Source: Caedibacter taeniospiralis
Lineage (GTDB): Bacteria; Pseudomonadota; Gammaproteobacteria; Francisellales; Francisellaceae
Assembly: GCF_002803295.2 (NCBI RefSeq)
Contig: NZ_PGGB02000002.1
Location: forward strand, 5,099 to 37,098
Direction of reading: 5' to 3'
Length of the DNA: 32,000 bases
Of this stretch, positions 1 to 8,585 are shown in pieces; within the stretch, counting starts at the first letter, position 1, and each line of letters begins with the position of its first letter. Below the pieces are notes generated by a model. It worked only from the letters and a program-made list of their open reading frames with translations, did not search any database and was not told the DNA's origin. Made by a program: the position numbers and the translations under genes.

Positions 1-809
1 TGGCGAAAATGGCAGAAGATGAAAAAGAGCAGTATGGCAAGTTTTGGAAGGCGTTTGGTCAAGTGCTAAAAGAAGCGCCAGCCGAAGATCATGAAAACAA
101 AGAGAAAATTGCCCAGTTATTGCGTTTTGCCTCCACACATAAAAATACGGCTGAGCAGGATGTTTCTCTCGTGGACTATGTCTCACGCATGAAGGAAGAT
201 CAGAAGTTTATCTATTACGTAACCGCGGAGAGTTTTAATGCAGCGAAAAACAATCCACAATTGGAGGTTTTCCGCAAAAAAGGTATTGAAGTTCTGTTGT
301 TAAGCGATCGCGTGGATGAGTGGATGACCTCGCATTTATCTGAGTTTGAAGGTAAAACCCTGAAGTCAGTTGCCAAAGGTGATTTGGATTTGGGTAGTTT
401 AGATTCAGAGGATGAGAAAAAACATCAGGAAGAAACTCAAAAAGCGTTTGAAACCATTATCAAGCAAATGAAAGAAGTGTTGAAAGCCCACGTTGATGAG
501 GTTCGTATTTCTAAGCGCTTAACCAACTCCCCAAGTTGCATTGTGGTGAACGATTATGGCATGAGTATGCACTTGCAAAAAATGATGGCAGACGCAGGAC
601 AGATGATGATGCCTGGCATGGGGGGTAAACCGATTCTTGAAATCAATGCTGAACATAAGCTGGTTAAACATTTGCAGCAAGAACAGGACGATGCACAATT
701 TGCCGACTGGACAAATCTTTTATATCAGCAGGCGCTGCTTGTTGAAGGGGCGCAGCTTGAGGACCCCGCAAGCTTTGTGAGTCTAATGAATAGGTATCTG
801 GCGGTATAA
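1..809 (+). CDS. htpG: Molecular chaperone HtpG (Hsp90), C-terminal ~268 aa; the 5' end lies upstream of the window
   Basis: The reading frame is open from the window edge, in the same frame as ORF 9..809. The translation (…FIYYVTAESF…, …VLLLSDRVDEWM…, …SPSCIVVNDYGMSMHLQKMM…) matches the conserved middle and C-terminal domains of bacterial Hsp90. Confidence 0.93.
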   Translation, partial: AKMAEDEKEQYGKFWKAFGQVLKEAPAEDHENKEKIAQLLRFASTHKNTAEQDVSLVDYVSRMKEDQKFIYYVTAESFNAAKNNPQLEVFRKKGIEVLLLSDRVDEWMTSHLSEFEGKTLKSVAKGDLDLGSLDSEDEKKHQEETQKAFETIIKQMKEVLKAHVDEVRISKRLTNSPSCIVVNDYGMSMHLQKMMADAGQMMMPGMGGKPILEINAEHKLVKHLQQEQDDAQFADWTNLLYQQALLVEGAQLEDPASFVSLMNRYLAV

Positions 810-858
810 CTGCGAATTTTAATGCCTATAGCTCTGAGGATGAATAAGAAGACAAACT

Positions 859-1197
859 TTAGAGAGCTTCTTGATTCATCTCTCCCGTACGGATACGGAT
901 AACTTCTTCTAAGTGGGTGATGGTGATTTTCCCTGCGCCTATTTTATCTGTTTGATTAACGCTGATGATGGCATTAACAAAATCCTTTTTTTGTTCATCA
1001 CAGCAAATAACTTCTACTTTTATTTTAGGCAGGAAATCAACAGCGTATTCAGCGCCACGATAGAGTTCAGTGTGCCCTAGCTGGCGACCAAAGCCTTTGA
1101 CCTCAGTGATAGTGATACCCGTTGCTCCGACATTCAACAACTCTTCACGAGTGCGATCAAGTAGATAAGGTTTAATGTAAGCAGTAATTAGCTTCAT
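859..1197 (-). CDS. glnB: Nitrogen regulatory protein P-II family (GlnB/GlnK-like), 112 aa
   Basis: The length is the canonical 112 aa. It has a T-loop sequence, GFGRQLGHTELYRGAEY, with the conserved Tyr51 position, and a C-terminal …EEVIRIRTGE… motif. No amtB or glnA is adjacent. Confidence 0.88.
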   Translation of the reverse strand: MKLITAYIKPYLLDRTREELLNVGATGITITEVKGFGRQLGHTELYRGAEYAVDFLPKIKVEVICCDEQKKDFVNAIISVNQTDKIGAGKITITHLEEVIRIRTGEMNQEAL

Positions 1198-1275
1198 GCG
1201 TGAACTGATTGGTCAATTTGGCTGTCTATGCTACATTATGCACTATCTGTTAGTAAAGCAATTAAGTGGTAGTGT

Positions 1276-1530
1276 ATGAAACTTAACAATAAACTCATTG
1301 ATGATGTGGCTAGTAAAATTTCAAGTGGGATCCCAGATAGTCTAAAGACGATTGCCAGTGAGCTTGAAAGTAATTGTAAGAGTGTTCTTAGGGCAAGTTT
1401 TGAGAAACTTGATCTGGTTACGCGCGAGGAGTTTGATATTCAAAAGGAAGTGCTGGTGAAAACCCGTCTAAAACTTGAGCAACTTGAAAAAAAAGTAGAC
1501 GCGCTTATTGCCAAATGTGATGAGCAATAG
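1276..1530 (+). CDS. ubiK: Ubiquinone biosynthesis accessory factor UbiK (YqiC/BMFP family), 84 aa
   Basis: It is a coiled-coil protein with the core …LDLVTREEFDIQKEVLVKTRLKLEQLE…, which closely parallels E. coli UbiK (…[23 protein letters not shown]…). Confidence 0.8.
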   Translation: MKLNNKLIDDVASKISSGIPDSLKTIASELESNCKSVLRASFEKLDLVTREEFDIQKEVLVKTRLKLEQLEKKVDALIAKCDEQ

Positions 1531-1538
1531 GCTCAAAA

Positions 1539-3047
1539 ATGTCATTAGCTACGGTTTATAGCCGCGCCCAGCTTGGCGTTGACGCTCCTCAAGTGACGGT
1601 TGAGGTACATTTATCGCATGGATTGCCAAGCTTATCTATCGTTGGTTTGCCAGAAGCTGCTGTGAAAGAGAGCAAAGATCGCGTGAGAAGTGCGATTATT
1701 AATTCAGGTTTTCAGTTCCCAAATAAACGCATTACGATTAATCTTGCGCCTGCGGATTTACCAAAGGAAGGTGGGCGATACGATTTGCCGATTGCCATTG
1801 GTGTTTTGATTGCATCCCAGCAGATTATTGCCCCTGATGTCCTTGAATATGAATTTGCTGCTGAGCTCTCATTATCTGGTAAACTTAGACCCATTAAAGG
1901 TATTTTGCCTTTTGCGATTCAAAGTTTAAAACATCAAAGATGTCTTATGATTGCGCCTAAAAATCAGTCAGAGGTAACGCTTTTGCCCAAGCTATGCGCC
2001 TATGCGGCAAATAACCTGCAAGAGGTTGTTTTGCACTTGTCAAAAACTCAATTTTTAAATGAGGCAGTACCAGATCAAACGGAGAAGACAAATCTGTTCC
2101 CGTTGTTGGATCTGTCCGAGGTAAAGGGTCAGTTTCAGGCGAAACGTGCGCTTGAGATTGCGGCAGCTGGAGGGCACAATGTATTGTTTATTGGTCCTCC
2201 TGGAACGGGTAAAACGATGCTGGCTTCCCGCTTTCACACAATACTCCCTAAGCTGACTATGGAAGAAGCGTTAGGCAGTGCAATGATTGCGTCTATCAAG
2301 GGAGTAAGTGATATTGCCACACATTTTTATGATCGACCATTTCGAGCTCCACATCACACCTCATCAGCAGTGGCACTCGTTGGTGGTGGCTCAAATCCCA
2401 AGCCTGGGGAGATTTCACTGGCGCATAATGGCGTTTTATTTTTAGATGAACTCCCTGAATTTGATCGCAGAGTTTTGGAGGTGCTAAGAGAGCCGCTAGA
2501 GTCAGGAAGAATTGTTATATCTCGAGCAAGCGCGCAGGTGGAGTATCCTGCTAAGTTTCAATTGATTGCAGCAATGAATCCTTGTCCTTGCGGGTTTTTA
2601 GGATCACAAGTGAAACTCTGTAAAGATACAGATGCCCAAATCAAACACTATCAACAAAAACTGTCAGGACCATTACTGGATCGCATTGATCTGCAGGTTG
2701 AGGTGTTGGAAATAGACCATCAGACGCTGACGGGAAAAGCGGAAGGTGAAGCAAGTCAAGCTATTAAAAAGCGCGTTTGTGCAGCAAGAGTCTTACAAGT
2801 CAAACGGCAGGGGAAAATTAATGCTGAACTGCAAGGTAAGGAAATTGATCAATTCTGCGTTTTAGGGGATAATGAGCGCCTGTTGTTGACTGAGGCTATC
2901 CAAAAATTAGGTTTATCTGCCAGGGCTTATCATCGCATCCTGAAAATTTCGCGGACAATTGCTGATTTGGTAGGGCAAACAATAATTGATAAGCACCATA
3001 TTCAAGAGGCTTTGAGTTATCGTAAGCTTGAGCGTTTTCAGCAGTAA
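1539..3047 (+). CDS. comM: YifB/ComM family Mg-chelatase-like AAA+ ATPase, 502 aa
   Basis: The N-terminal Lon-protease-like domain reads …RITINLAPADLPKEGGRYDLPIA…. Walker A is GPPGTGKTM. It also has …GVLFLDELPEF… and a C-terminal …LSARAYHRILKISRTIADL… motif, all typical of ComM/YifB. Confidence 0.93.
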   Translation: MSLATVYSRAQLGVDAPQVTVEVHLSHGLPSLSIVGLPEAAVKESKDRVRSAIINSGFQFPNKRITINLAPADLPKEGGRYDLPIAIGVLIASQQIIAPDVLEYEFAAELSLSGKLRPIKGILPFAIQSLKHQRCLMIAPKNQSEVTLLPKLCAYAANNLQEVVLHLSKTQFLNEAVPDQTEKTNLFPLLDLSEVKGQFQAKRALEIAAAGGHNVLFIGPPGTGKTMLASRFHTILPKLTMEEALGSAMIASIKGVSDIATHFYDRPFRAPHHTSSAVALVGGGSNPKPGEISLAHNGVLFLDELPEFDRRVLEVLREPLESGRIVISRASAQVEYPAKFQLIAAMNPCPCGFLGSQVKLCKDTDAQIKHYQQKLSGPLLDRIDLQVEVLEIDHQTLTGKAEGEASQAIKKRVCAARVLQVKRQGKINAELQGKEIDQFCVLGDNERLLLTEAIQKLGLSARAYHRILKISRTIADLVGQTIIDKHHIQEALSYRKLERFQQ

Positions 3048-3073
3048 CAATCGATAAGTAACACGGTAAAAAG

Positions 3074-3976
3074 ATGAAAAAAATAGGCTCGCAAGTTTTA
3101 GTTTTAGTCTTGTATTTATGGGGGAAATTAAGTTTTAGCGTGGTGCAACGGCTTGGTTGGTTTATTGGCACGCTGTTTTTTTACCTTAATAGCGATATGC
3201 GCCGCGTTGCACGTATCAACATTGACAAATGCTTTCCTGAGCTTAGTGAATACCACAAAAAAAAGCTATTGAAAGGGACGCTGCAGCAGACCTGTATGAC
3301 AGGCGCCGAAATGCCAGGGATATTATTTAAAAGCCCTCAGAAATTGTTGCAGCAGATTCAGGTGTGTTATGGTGAAAAACTGATGCAAGAGCTCTATGAA
3401 CAAGGTAGAGGGGTTTTGCTAGTAGCGCCTCATTTGGGAAGTTATGAAATAGCGTCGATGTATATTTCAAGTAAATATCCTTCGGCGATGTTGTATACGC
3501 CCCCTAAAATTAAAGTTCTGGATCGGCTGATTCTTCAAGCGCGCTCACGCTTGTGCAAAAATATGTCGCCAGCAAATCATAAGGGCGTGAAGATAATCTT
3601 CAAGGCGCTTGCTAATAAAGAGGTCATTGCGATGCTGACTGACCAGGTTCCAGTGGATGCAGGTGGTAGTTATATTGATTTCTTTGGACATCCAGCTAAA
3701 ACGATGAATTTTCCCGATAAACTGTATAAGCGCTACAAGCCCGCGGTTGTGTTAAGCTATGCGGTACGTAATTCCATTGGTAAGGGGTTGACTTTGTATA
3801 TCGAAGATCTGGAACCACTAATCAAGCAATATCAAGCGATAGAGGGAATGAAAGATCCAGTAGCTTACGCATTTACCAGGCGCTTTGAGGAAATCATTCG
3901 CCAGTATCCCTCGCAATATCAGTGGGCATACAAACGCTTTAAATATCACCCGCAAGGTGTTGATTTTTATAAATAA
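3074..3976 (+). CDS. lpxL: Lipid A biosynthesis late acyltransferase (LpxL/LpxM/HtrB family), 300 aa
   Basis: It has an N-terminal membrane anchor, the H(X)4E acyltransferase motif in …APHLGSYE…, and a C-terminal …YPSQYQWAYKRFK… typical of the family. Acyl-chain specificity cannot be called from sequence. Confidence 0.82.
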   Translation: MKKIGSQVLVLVLYLWGKLSFSVVQRLGWFIGTLFFYLNSDMRRVARINIDKCFPELSEYHKKKLLKGTLQQTCMTGAEMPGILFKSPQKLLQQIQVCYGEKLMQELYEQGRGVLLVAPHLGSYEIASMYISSKYPSAMLYTPPKIKVLDRLILQARSRLCKNMSPANHKGVKIIFKALANKEVIAMLTDQVPVDAGGSYIDFFGHPAKTMNFPDKLYKRYKPAVVLSYAVRNSIGKGLTLYIEDLEPLIKQYQAIEGMKDPVAYAFTRRFEEIIRQYPSQYQWAYKRFKYHPQGVDFYK

Positions 3977-3982
3977 TTGGGG

Positions 3983-4144
3983 GTTACGAACTTTTGCTGC
4001 ACTACCCCGCCTCGCAGGCTCGGCACCCCTTCACTTGTGAAGGGGAATTTTTGAGAAGCCCCTGTCCTGCAATTCCCCTTCGTTAGCGAAGGGGTGGCTG
4101 CGAAGCAGACGGGGTAGTCTTCAAGCTCAGCAAAAGTTCGTAAC
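3983..4144. repeat. MITE/REP-like 162-bp palindromic element with 17-bp perfect terminal inverted repeats and two internal GC-rich hairpins
   Basis: The left end, gttacgaacttttgctg (3983-3999), is the exact reverse complement of the right end, cagcaaaagttcgtaac (4128-4144). The next arm segments (actaccccg…) also pair. Two internal perfect hairpins are present: ccccttcac-tt-gtgaagggg (4026-4045) and ccccttcg-ttag-cgaagggg (4075-4094). The element is much more GC-rich than its flanks and fills the lpxL-hemE spacer. A related copy lies at 18596-18638. Confidence 0.8.
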
Positions 4145-4192
4145 TTCAGTAAATAACTGAAGTAGGTAACTTCTCTAAACTGAGGATAAAAA

Positions 4193-5242
4193 ATGAGAAC
4201 ATTATTTTTGGATGCCTTACAAGGCAAGCCTGTTTCGCAAACTCCTGTGTGGATTATGCGCCAGGCTGGGCGTTATTTGCCTGAGTATCGGCAAACGCGC
4301 TCGAAGTTTAGTGATTTTATGGCAATGTGTAGAAATGCTGAAGCCTGCTCTGAGGTCGCTTTGCAGCCTTTAGATCGTTATGATTTAGATGCCGCGATTG
4401 TCTTTTCGGATATTTTAACCGTTCCTGAAGCAATGGGAATGAAGTTGCAATTTATCAGTGATAAAGGACCAGTATTTGAAAAACCGCTGAGAACTTTGCA
4501 GGATATTAAGATGCTGGATTGCAAATATGCGATGGAAAAGCTGCAGTATGTGATGGATGCAGTTTCGACGACTAAAAAAGCGCTTATCAATCGCGTCCCT
4601 TTAATTGGCTTTAGCGGGAGTCCATGGACTTTAGCTGCCTATATGGTTGAAGGGCAGGGTTCTAAACAATTCACCCAGTTACGTAAAATGCTTTATAGTA
4701 CTCCTGGGCTTTTGCATCAATTGTTAGCTGATTTAAGTAGGGTCATTGTCGATTACCTGGATCAGCAGGTCAAAGCAGGTGCAGATGCGGTGATGCTTTT
4801 TGATACCTGGGGAGGCATGCTTTCCGAGAAAAATTATGCTCCATTTTCATTAAATTATATGCGGCAAATAACTAGTTTGCTTAAAGCGCGTCACCCACAA
4901 GTTCCAGTAACCTTATTTACCAAGGGCGGTGGATTATGGTTGGATCAATTAGCAAAAACAGGCTGTGATGGTATTGGTATTGATTGGAGTATAGATATTT
5001 ATCGCGCACGCGAAATTGTTAAAGATAGGCTCACCCTGCAGGGAAATCTGGATCCAGCGGCATTATATGGAAGCGATGAGAGCATAACTGAACAAGTGAA
5101 ATATATACTTCAAAGTCAGAAAGAATATGGTCGCTTTGTGTTTAATTTGGGACATGGGGTGTATCCAGATATTTTGCCTGAGAAAGTAAAGGTAATGATT
5201 GATGCCGTGCGCAAGTTTGGCAAAAAGCAAATAGAAAATTAA
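4193..5242 (+). CDS. hemE: Uroporphyrinogen decarboxylase, 349 aa
   Basis: It has the N-terminal signature …PVWIMRQAGRYLPEY…, plus …AIVFSDIL… and …GFSGSPWTLAAYMVEG…. A GAGGA RBS lies 6 nt upstream of the ATG. Confidence 0.95.
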   Translation: MRTLFLDALQGKPVSQTPVWIMRQAGRYLPEYRQTRSKFSDFMAMCRNAEACSEVALQPLDRYDLDAAIVFSDILTVPEAMGMKLQFISDKGPVFEKPLRTLQDIKMLDCKYAMEKLQYVMDAVSTTKKALINRVPLIGFSGSPWTLAAYMVEGQGSKQFTQLRKMLYSTPGLLHQLLADLSRVIVDYLDQQVKAGADAVMLFDTWGGMLSEKNYAPFSLNYMRQITSLLKARHPQVPVTLFTKGGGLWLDQLAKTGCDGIGIDWSIDIYRAREIVKDRLTLQGNLDPAALYGSDESITEQVKYILQSQKEYGRFVFNLGHGVYPDILPEKVKVMIDAVRKFGKKQIEN

Positions 5243-5252
5243 GTGAACTTGT

Positions 5253-6961
5253 ATGATAAAAAGAACAAAGCGATTTGAGTTTAAACGCAACCCTGAAACC
5301 AATGAAATGTGGGTTGAAACAGATTTGCAGGGTAAAAATTTACTGACGCTTGCCTCCTTAAATAAAGGGACGGCATTTAGTGAACGCGAGCGAGAAGAGT
5401 TTGGCTTGCTTGGCAAACTGCCATTTCAGATTGAATCTATTGAGGAACAAAAGACGCGCGCATACCAGCAGTATAAATCCTTTAGAAGTAATATTGGACG
5501 CTATAGTTTTTTAAAGAACCTGCACAATATCAACGAAACGCTTTTTTATCGTTTGGTGCGTGATAATTTAAATGAAATGCTGCCTGTCATATATACCCCC
5601 ACGGTTGGGGAAGCGGTGATGCGTTATAGTGAGCAGTTCTTGTCACCTCGTGGGCTTTATATCGCCTATCCTGATCGGCATAAAATGCGTGACATTTTAC
5701 GCAATCGGACCAATTCAGACATTGATATTATCGTCGTCAGTGATGCAGAAGGGGTGCTTGGAATTGGTGACCAAGGGGTCGGGGGCATTGAGATTCCCGT
5801 GGCTAAGCTTATGGTTTATACGCTTTGCGCAGGTATCAACCCCGGGCGCTATTTGCCCGTATTTTTAGATGCAGGAACAAATAATAAGAAATTACTCGAA
5901 GACCCTTTGTACCTTGGTTGGCGGCATGAGCGCGTGTGCGCGGTAAAGAATATGATGAAATGGTTCAGTTGTTTATTGAAGCCGTCAAAGAAGAAATGCC
6001 AGAAACTTTTCTACATTGGGAAGACTTTGGTCGTGATAATGCACGTAAAAATTTGCTTAAATATCAGAACGAAATCTGCAGCTTCAATCATGATGTGCAG
6101 GGAACGGCAGCGGTTGCCCTGGCAGCGCTTATTTCAGCGGCTAAGCGCATAGGAGTGAAGTTTAACACGCAAAAATTCGTGGTCTTTGGAGCAGGCACGG
6201 CAGGTCTTGGCATTGCCGATGAAATTGTTTCAGCCCTGGTACACTCTGGATTAACTAAAGAACAGGCTTATCAACGGTTTTGGTGCATTGATAAAGATGG
6301 TTTGTTGATTGTCGATCAGGAAATGATGGATTTCCAGAGACCTTATGCGTGTACGCGTGAGTCAGTTAAGGGTTGGGTGGCTGATGAGGCTGGACGAATT
6401 TCTCTCGTAGAAGTTGTCAAACAAGCTAAGCCTACAACCTTAATTGGTTGCTCAGGTGTCGCCAATGCTTTTACTGATGAGGTGATTATAGAGATGGCAC
6501 GTAATAATCAGCATCCGATTATTTTTACCTTATCCAACCCAACAAGTCGCTGTGAGCGTGTGCCTGAAGATGTCATTCGCCTGACTAATGGGCAGGCTTT
6601 AGTTGCAACGGGAAGTCCATTTGAGGATGTGGGTTATAAAGGCAAAGTCTATCGCATTGCACAGTCAAATAATGCGCTGGTGTTTCCAGGTATTGGTCTG
6701 GGTATCGTTGCCATTGGTGCTAAGAGATTTACGGATAACATGTTATGGGCGGCGTGTAAAGCGTTAGCCAATTATTCAACGCAGGACGATGCCTTATTAC
6801 CAAAGTTGAGTGAGGCATATAGCGTGAGTCGTCAAGTAGCGTTTGCCGTTGCCAGACAGGCGATTGCGGATGGGGTTGCTGAGGATGTTGATGATATTTG
6901 GCGCAAGATTGACCAGGTAATCTGGGAGCCAAAATATTACCCTTACTATCTTAAAAAGTGA
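5253..6961 (+). pseudogene. maeA: NAD-dependent malic enzyme (SfcA/MaeA type) interrupted by one frameshift near 5937
   Basis: ORF 5253..6152 encodes the malic-enzyme N-terminal domain (…NKGTAFSERERE…, …VIYTPTVGEA…, …DQGVGGIEIPVAKL…) up to …LGWRHERV. The conserved continuation, RGKEYDEMVQLF…FNHDVQGTAAVALAAL…VVFGAGTAGLGIA…, runs in the frame of ORF 5936..6961. The two frames join exactly if the 2 nt 'tg' at 5937-5938 (context cgc gtg TG cgc ggt aaa) are removed. Confidence 0.85.
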
Positions 6962-6981
6962 CCGAAGGTATTGTGTATGCC

Positions 6982-8385
6982 TTACTTTCCTAGGTCTTTA
7001 AGTGCAACGCCGTTTTCTAAATTCTTTTCAATATGTTCCAGGCTGACACCTTTAGTTTCAGGCACGAAGAACTTCAGGAAGATCATGGAAAGAATACAAA
7101 ATCCGCCAAAAACAAAGAATATTGAGGCGTTACCATAGGCTTTCATAAAGCTTAAGGCATTTGCCATCACAGCACCCGCGAATGTCCAGTTGACCATGGT
7201 GGTGACAGTCATGCCGATTTCACGTCCCTTCAATGGGAAAATCTCTGCGCAAATCACCCATGCAACGGGTCCCCATGAGCAGGCAAAGCCAAATATATAA
7301 ACAATCGCGGAGATTAATAGAACTGCTTTAGGAAGTTCGCCAGGTGTCACACTACCTGAAATGGATAGGAAGGCAAAGCCCGCGGCAAACATTGAAACCA
7401 TCATCACGATGGCGCCAACATAAAGCAGTTTTTTTCTGCCCCATTTTTCAATCCATTTGATCGCAGGGAAGGTAAATAACATGTTGACCGTTGGGATGGC
7501 TAAGAGGGCAATAAGACCCGTCATGCCAGCATAACCGAAGATTGTCGGCGCGTAGTAAATCATCATGTTGATTCCAACTAATTGTTGGAACATTTGTAGG
7601 ATAACACCAATGATAAGGATTCTCCAAAAGAAACCCTTGGAAAGCATATTAAATCCAACCCCTTTATTGGCAACAATACTTTCTTTAATTTCTTTGATTT
7701 CCTCTTCAATTTCTTGCTGTGAAGCACGGACTTTTTTAAGCACAGACAGGGCTTTTTGATCCTGGTTTTTAAGTAGTAGCCAACGAGGGCTTTCTGGCAG
7801 AAACAAGCTACCAAAGAACATGACCGCCGCGAAGACGACAATTACGCAAAACATTAAAGTCAGTGAAATACTCACGTGCCCCAAAGCCTTAGCAATAAAC
7901 ACATTGGTAACAGCAATCAGGAAAATACCGATGGTGATCATCAGCTGAAAGAGTGTTGCCATGCCGCCCCTAATGGATTTTGGTGCCGTTTCAGAAAGAT
8001 ACAAAGGCACTGTAAATGAGGCAATTCCAACGGCAAATCCTAAGCCAAAGCGGCAGGCTGTTAATATGCCAAGTGGTGGCAGAAACGCAGAGATTAATGA
8101 GAAGGCAGAAAATAAAAACCCCGCTAGAACAAGCACTCTTTTTCGTCCTAATGCGCGCGCAAACAGTCCGCTGACTAGGGCACCCACAATTCCGCCCCAG
8201 GCTAAGACAGCAGAGTAATGTTCTCCTTGCTGTGTGGTGAGTCCATAGACGTTGTCAATGGTTGATAAGGAATTTGCTATAAATCCCTGATCCAAACCAA
8301 ACAAAAGTCCACCAAGTGCCCCGATCAAGCACACCATATAGATAAGCTTCTGGTACTCTTTTTTTGCGTCGATATTTGCTGTCAT
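6982..8385 (-). CDS. MFS sugar porter family transporter (sugar:H+ symporter), ~467 aa
   Basis: It is a 12-TM protein with sugar-porter signatures (…GRKRVLVLAG…, …PESPRWLL…, …PVAWVICAEIFPLKGR…, …PETKGVSLE…). I placed the start at the second ATG (8385) because AGGAG lies 7 nt upstream of it. The ORF is open to 8409. Confidence 0.88.
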   Translation of the reverse strand: MTANIDAKKEYQKLIYMVCLIGALGGLLFGLDQGFIANSLSTIDNVYGLTTQQGEHYSAVLAWGGIVGALVSGLFARALGRKRVLVLAGFLFSAFSLISAFLPPLGILTACRFGLGFAVGIASFTVPLYLSETAPKSIRGGMATLFQLMITIGIFLIAVTNVFIAKALGHVSISLTLMFCVIVVFAAVMFFGSLFLPESPRWLLLKNQDQKALSVLKKVRASQQEIEEEIKEIKESIVANKGVGFNMLSKGFFWRILIIGVILQMFQQLVGINMMIYYAPTIFGYAGMTGLIALLAIPTVNMLFTFPAIKWIEKWGRKKLLYVGAIVMMVSMFAAGFAFLSISGSVTPGELPKAVLLISAIVYIFGFACSWGPVAWVICAEIFPLKGREIGMTVTTMVNWTFAGAVMANALSFMKAYGNASIFFVFGGFCILSMIFLKFFVPETKGVSLEHIEKNLENGVALKDLGK

Positions 8386-8435
8386 TTTTTTTCTCCTGAC
8401 CTTAGTCATTATCTAGAGTTTATAATTCCAGGCGC

Positions 8436-8453
8436 TATTGCAGCAATAATTGC
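8436..8453. promoter_or_regulatory. Overlapping ATTGC/GCAAT palindromes in the divergent transporter/fructokinase control region (candidate operator)
   Basis: tattgc-a-gcaata (8436-8448) and gcaat-a-attgc (8443-8453) are two overlapping inverted repeats that share the central GCAAT. They lie between the divergently oriented sugar porter and fructokinase genes. Confidence 0.3.
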
Positions 8454-8519
8454 ATTTCATGTCAATAAATTACGTTATTTAAATGGGAAAAGAGTTCCAG
8501 GGCTTGCTGATTCCAAAGT

Positions 8520-8547
8520 TTGACATTTATGACTCTAAGCGTATATT
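8520..8547 (+). promoter_or_regulatory. Sigma70-type promoter for the fructokinase/cupin genes
   Basis: The -35 is TTGACA (8520-8525), the spacer is 16 nt, and the -10 is TATATT (8542-8547). It sits ~40 nt upstream of the fructokinase ATG at 8586. Confidence 0.5.
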
Positions 8548-8585
8548 GGCGACAGGTTTTTTCGGTCATGAGGCAAATTGATAAG

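Noticed and set aside
3967-4227. 86-aa minus-strand ORF spanning the lpxL-hemE spacer.
   Set aside because: It is simply the translation of the palindromic MITE-like element (…PFTSEGVPSLRGGVV…) and overlaps the hemE start. A repeat-derived open frame is not a gene.
5629-5868. Alternative-frame ORFs inside the malic enzyme, hslU, glyS and nrdJa genes (for example 5629..5868, 11413..11736 -, 16807..17112 -, 23783..24112).
   Set aside because: All are embedded in well-supported genes, have no motifs, and show amino-acid composition typical of off-frame translation.
5925-5945. Possibility that the malic-enzyme or fructokinase frameshifts are programmed recoding sites.
   Set aside because: There is no slippery X XXY YYZ heptamer and no internal SD-like stimulator or downstream hairpin or pseudoknot at either site. 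The required shifts (skipping 2 nt, or adding 1 nt) fit simple indels better.
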